The translations under genes were made by a program, and so were the position numbers. A stretch of 62,011 nucleotides of DNA, counting the filler, from Sphacelaria rigidula (Eukaryota): the NCBI GenBank assembly GCA_964200075.2. It is 8 parts of 8 records of this genome, joined end to end, with 100 filler letters (N's around TTAATTAATTAA, not from the genome) between each part and the next. Parts side by side here need not be neighbours in the genome. Positions count along the whole stretch, not along the records: positions 54,349 to 62,011 come from CAXNAA020013878.1; 7 more parts are not named here. One strand, 5' to 3'. This document shows positions 60,611 to 62,011 of this stretch, piece after piece. Below the pieces are notes generated by a model. The model did not search any database. It worked only from the letters and a program-made list of their open reading frames with translations, and was not told where the DNA came from. Each line of letters starts with the position of its first letter. The first letter of the stretch is position 1.

Positions 60611-61550
60611 TCCTATATATTATTAGGGAAAATGATCCCCCGCTCGATACTGGGATCAAGTAAGCGTGTGATCCTTCTCGGAACACTAATTTACGTCAAA
60701 CGCACAGACTGAAGAGGAGAAAACAGTCACCCTTCTCTATCAAACTGCAAACGCAGGTCGAAAGGTACCCCGCGGCACATGGTCAAGTTGAATCAGTACC
60801 TATAGAACTTAAAAACCTAGTAGTCTGGACACTACCAATCCGACACATCGCACCCGTGCAAAGCAATTCAGTGTTTTTTGTCAGCATCGCAAAGCACTGT
60901 ACTGTCACCTAACCTGGAAACCCAACGAGACGTCCGACGCACGTGCGCCACTAGAACGCAGTAGAACGCACTGCCATGTACGCTGGTGACTGGTGGAAAA
61001 AGCGTATTGCGCTGCTGTCGAACGCTTTGTCACCTTACTGCCGGGTGGTTGTCCCCGCCTTGGGTTTGAAAGTGATTTGTATTTTGTGTGCTGAGCGCCG
61101 GACGTTCATTTTCAGATGATTTTAAGCACAATGTTGTACAGTCCCCAGGAACAGAGTTGAACTTCGATTTTCACACCGCTCATATATCTCTATCTCAGTG
61201 CTTCTAACCCCTTGACCGCAAGTGTTCGTGATCTGGGTCTCATATTCAATATTCAAATGACTAAAGATGGTGCCGACTCTATAGATGATAGATGACCCAC
61301 CTGGGCGCTGTAAGGGTTGACACAATGTACAGAATGGATACACGCCTCACAAATCGGTTTCAAAACCAAGTCAGACCAACAAATCCCTACCAAGTGGTGA
61401 AAATCACCGCAGCAAACACTCATTTTCCGTATATGTTGTGCTGGGCGTGCACCCTTACAAAACGGTCACGAATTACGAAGAGACAAACGATGCTGTTTGT
61501 GTACCCAGCTGTGCAGTGAACCCGAGGTGAGCGGCGTGGCGTTCGCTTAA

Positions 61551-61630
61551 CCCTTAGACCGCGAGATGAGTCTTTCTGGCTCATGCATACTTTTTTCCAC
61601 TTGAAATTGATGCCGATTCAACAGAAGACT
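61551..61630. mobile_element. piggyBac-type MITE with intact left end, right TIR missing
   Basis: TTAA|CCCTTAGACCGCGAGAT...ACTTGAAATTGATGCCGATTCAACAGAAGACTA, closely matching 24998-25077. Confidence 0.8.
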
Positions 61631-62011
61631 AAGTTCTGTTGAGTGCAGCTGTTCGCTGTGCGGTTTCCAGAGCCATCGCGGTGTCAAGAGGTCTGAGTCG
61701 GAGGTACTTTTGTGCGTGTCCTCATGCATCATGTATGATGTGTACCCAGTAACGCATAAGCAACATCATGGCGACTGGCAAAGGTATAGGGTGTGGCGTG
61801 TACTACAGAAGACATCACCATGGTGACCATAGTATAGTAGTCAGCATCAGAAGTATGCAGAATCCGTAATTTCTTGGTTTCTCAAAGATTGTCCAAATTT
61901 GTTTCGCTTGCCACTGCTCATCAAGGTGACTGTTGGATGCAAAAAAATGCGCATCTGGAGATATTTGAATCCTCTCGACAAATATTGAAAGGAAAATCAT
62001 CCGCGATCAAT

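Noticed and set aside
262..60626. Many long antisense or low-complexity ORFs in the ORF track (e.g. 262-843, 2211-2951, 27540-28136, 57381-58001, 60259-60597)
   Set aside because: They are shadows of TE or exon coding strands, or translations of microsatellites.

Overview
Eukaryotic, intron-rich, transposon-dense DNA. Spliceosomal GT-AG introns of 0.2-1.3 kb, roughly balanced GC and the style of the LTR, LINE and SINE elements point to a stramenopile, most likely a brown alga (inference). The window is not one locus. It is eight independent scaffolds of 7665, 7665, 7665, 7664, 7663, 7663, 7663 and 7663 bp, sorted by length and joined by an artificial 100-bp spacer (44 N + TTAATTAATTAA + 44 N), so adjacency across spacers means nothing. 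Contents by scaffold: (1) a nest of decayed LTR retrotransposons: a Ty3/Gypsy with both LTRs and a TGCC target-site duplication (TSD) inside an older LTR, then a Ty1/Copia with a half-tRNAiMet primer-binding site (PBS) and an inverted RT segment; (2) a 1188-bp internal exon of a coiled-coil protein plus foldback and SINE repeats; (3) the first three coding exons of a casein kinase 1; (4) a large low-complexity exon and stacked TTAA-flanked piggyBac-type MITEs; (5-6) mostly repeat debris, including MITEs with internal tandem repeats; (7) four phase-compatible 3' exons of an unknown gene; (8) a decayed APE-RT LINE interrupted by a 2.07-kb TA-flanked TIR element that carries further insertions. 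Two recurrent tRNA-derived SINE families occur across the scaffolds. I found no CRISPR array, rRNA, intact tRNA, recognisable viral gene or demonstrably new enzymatic system. The best candidates for novelty are the non-autonomous element families, the orphan multi-exon gene, and the possibility that the CK1 is sex-linked.
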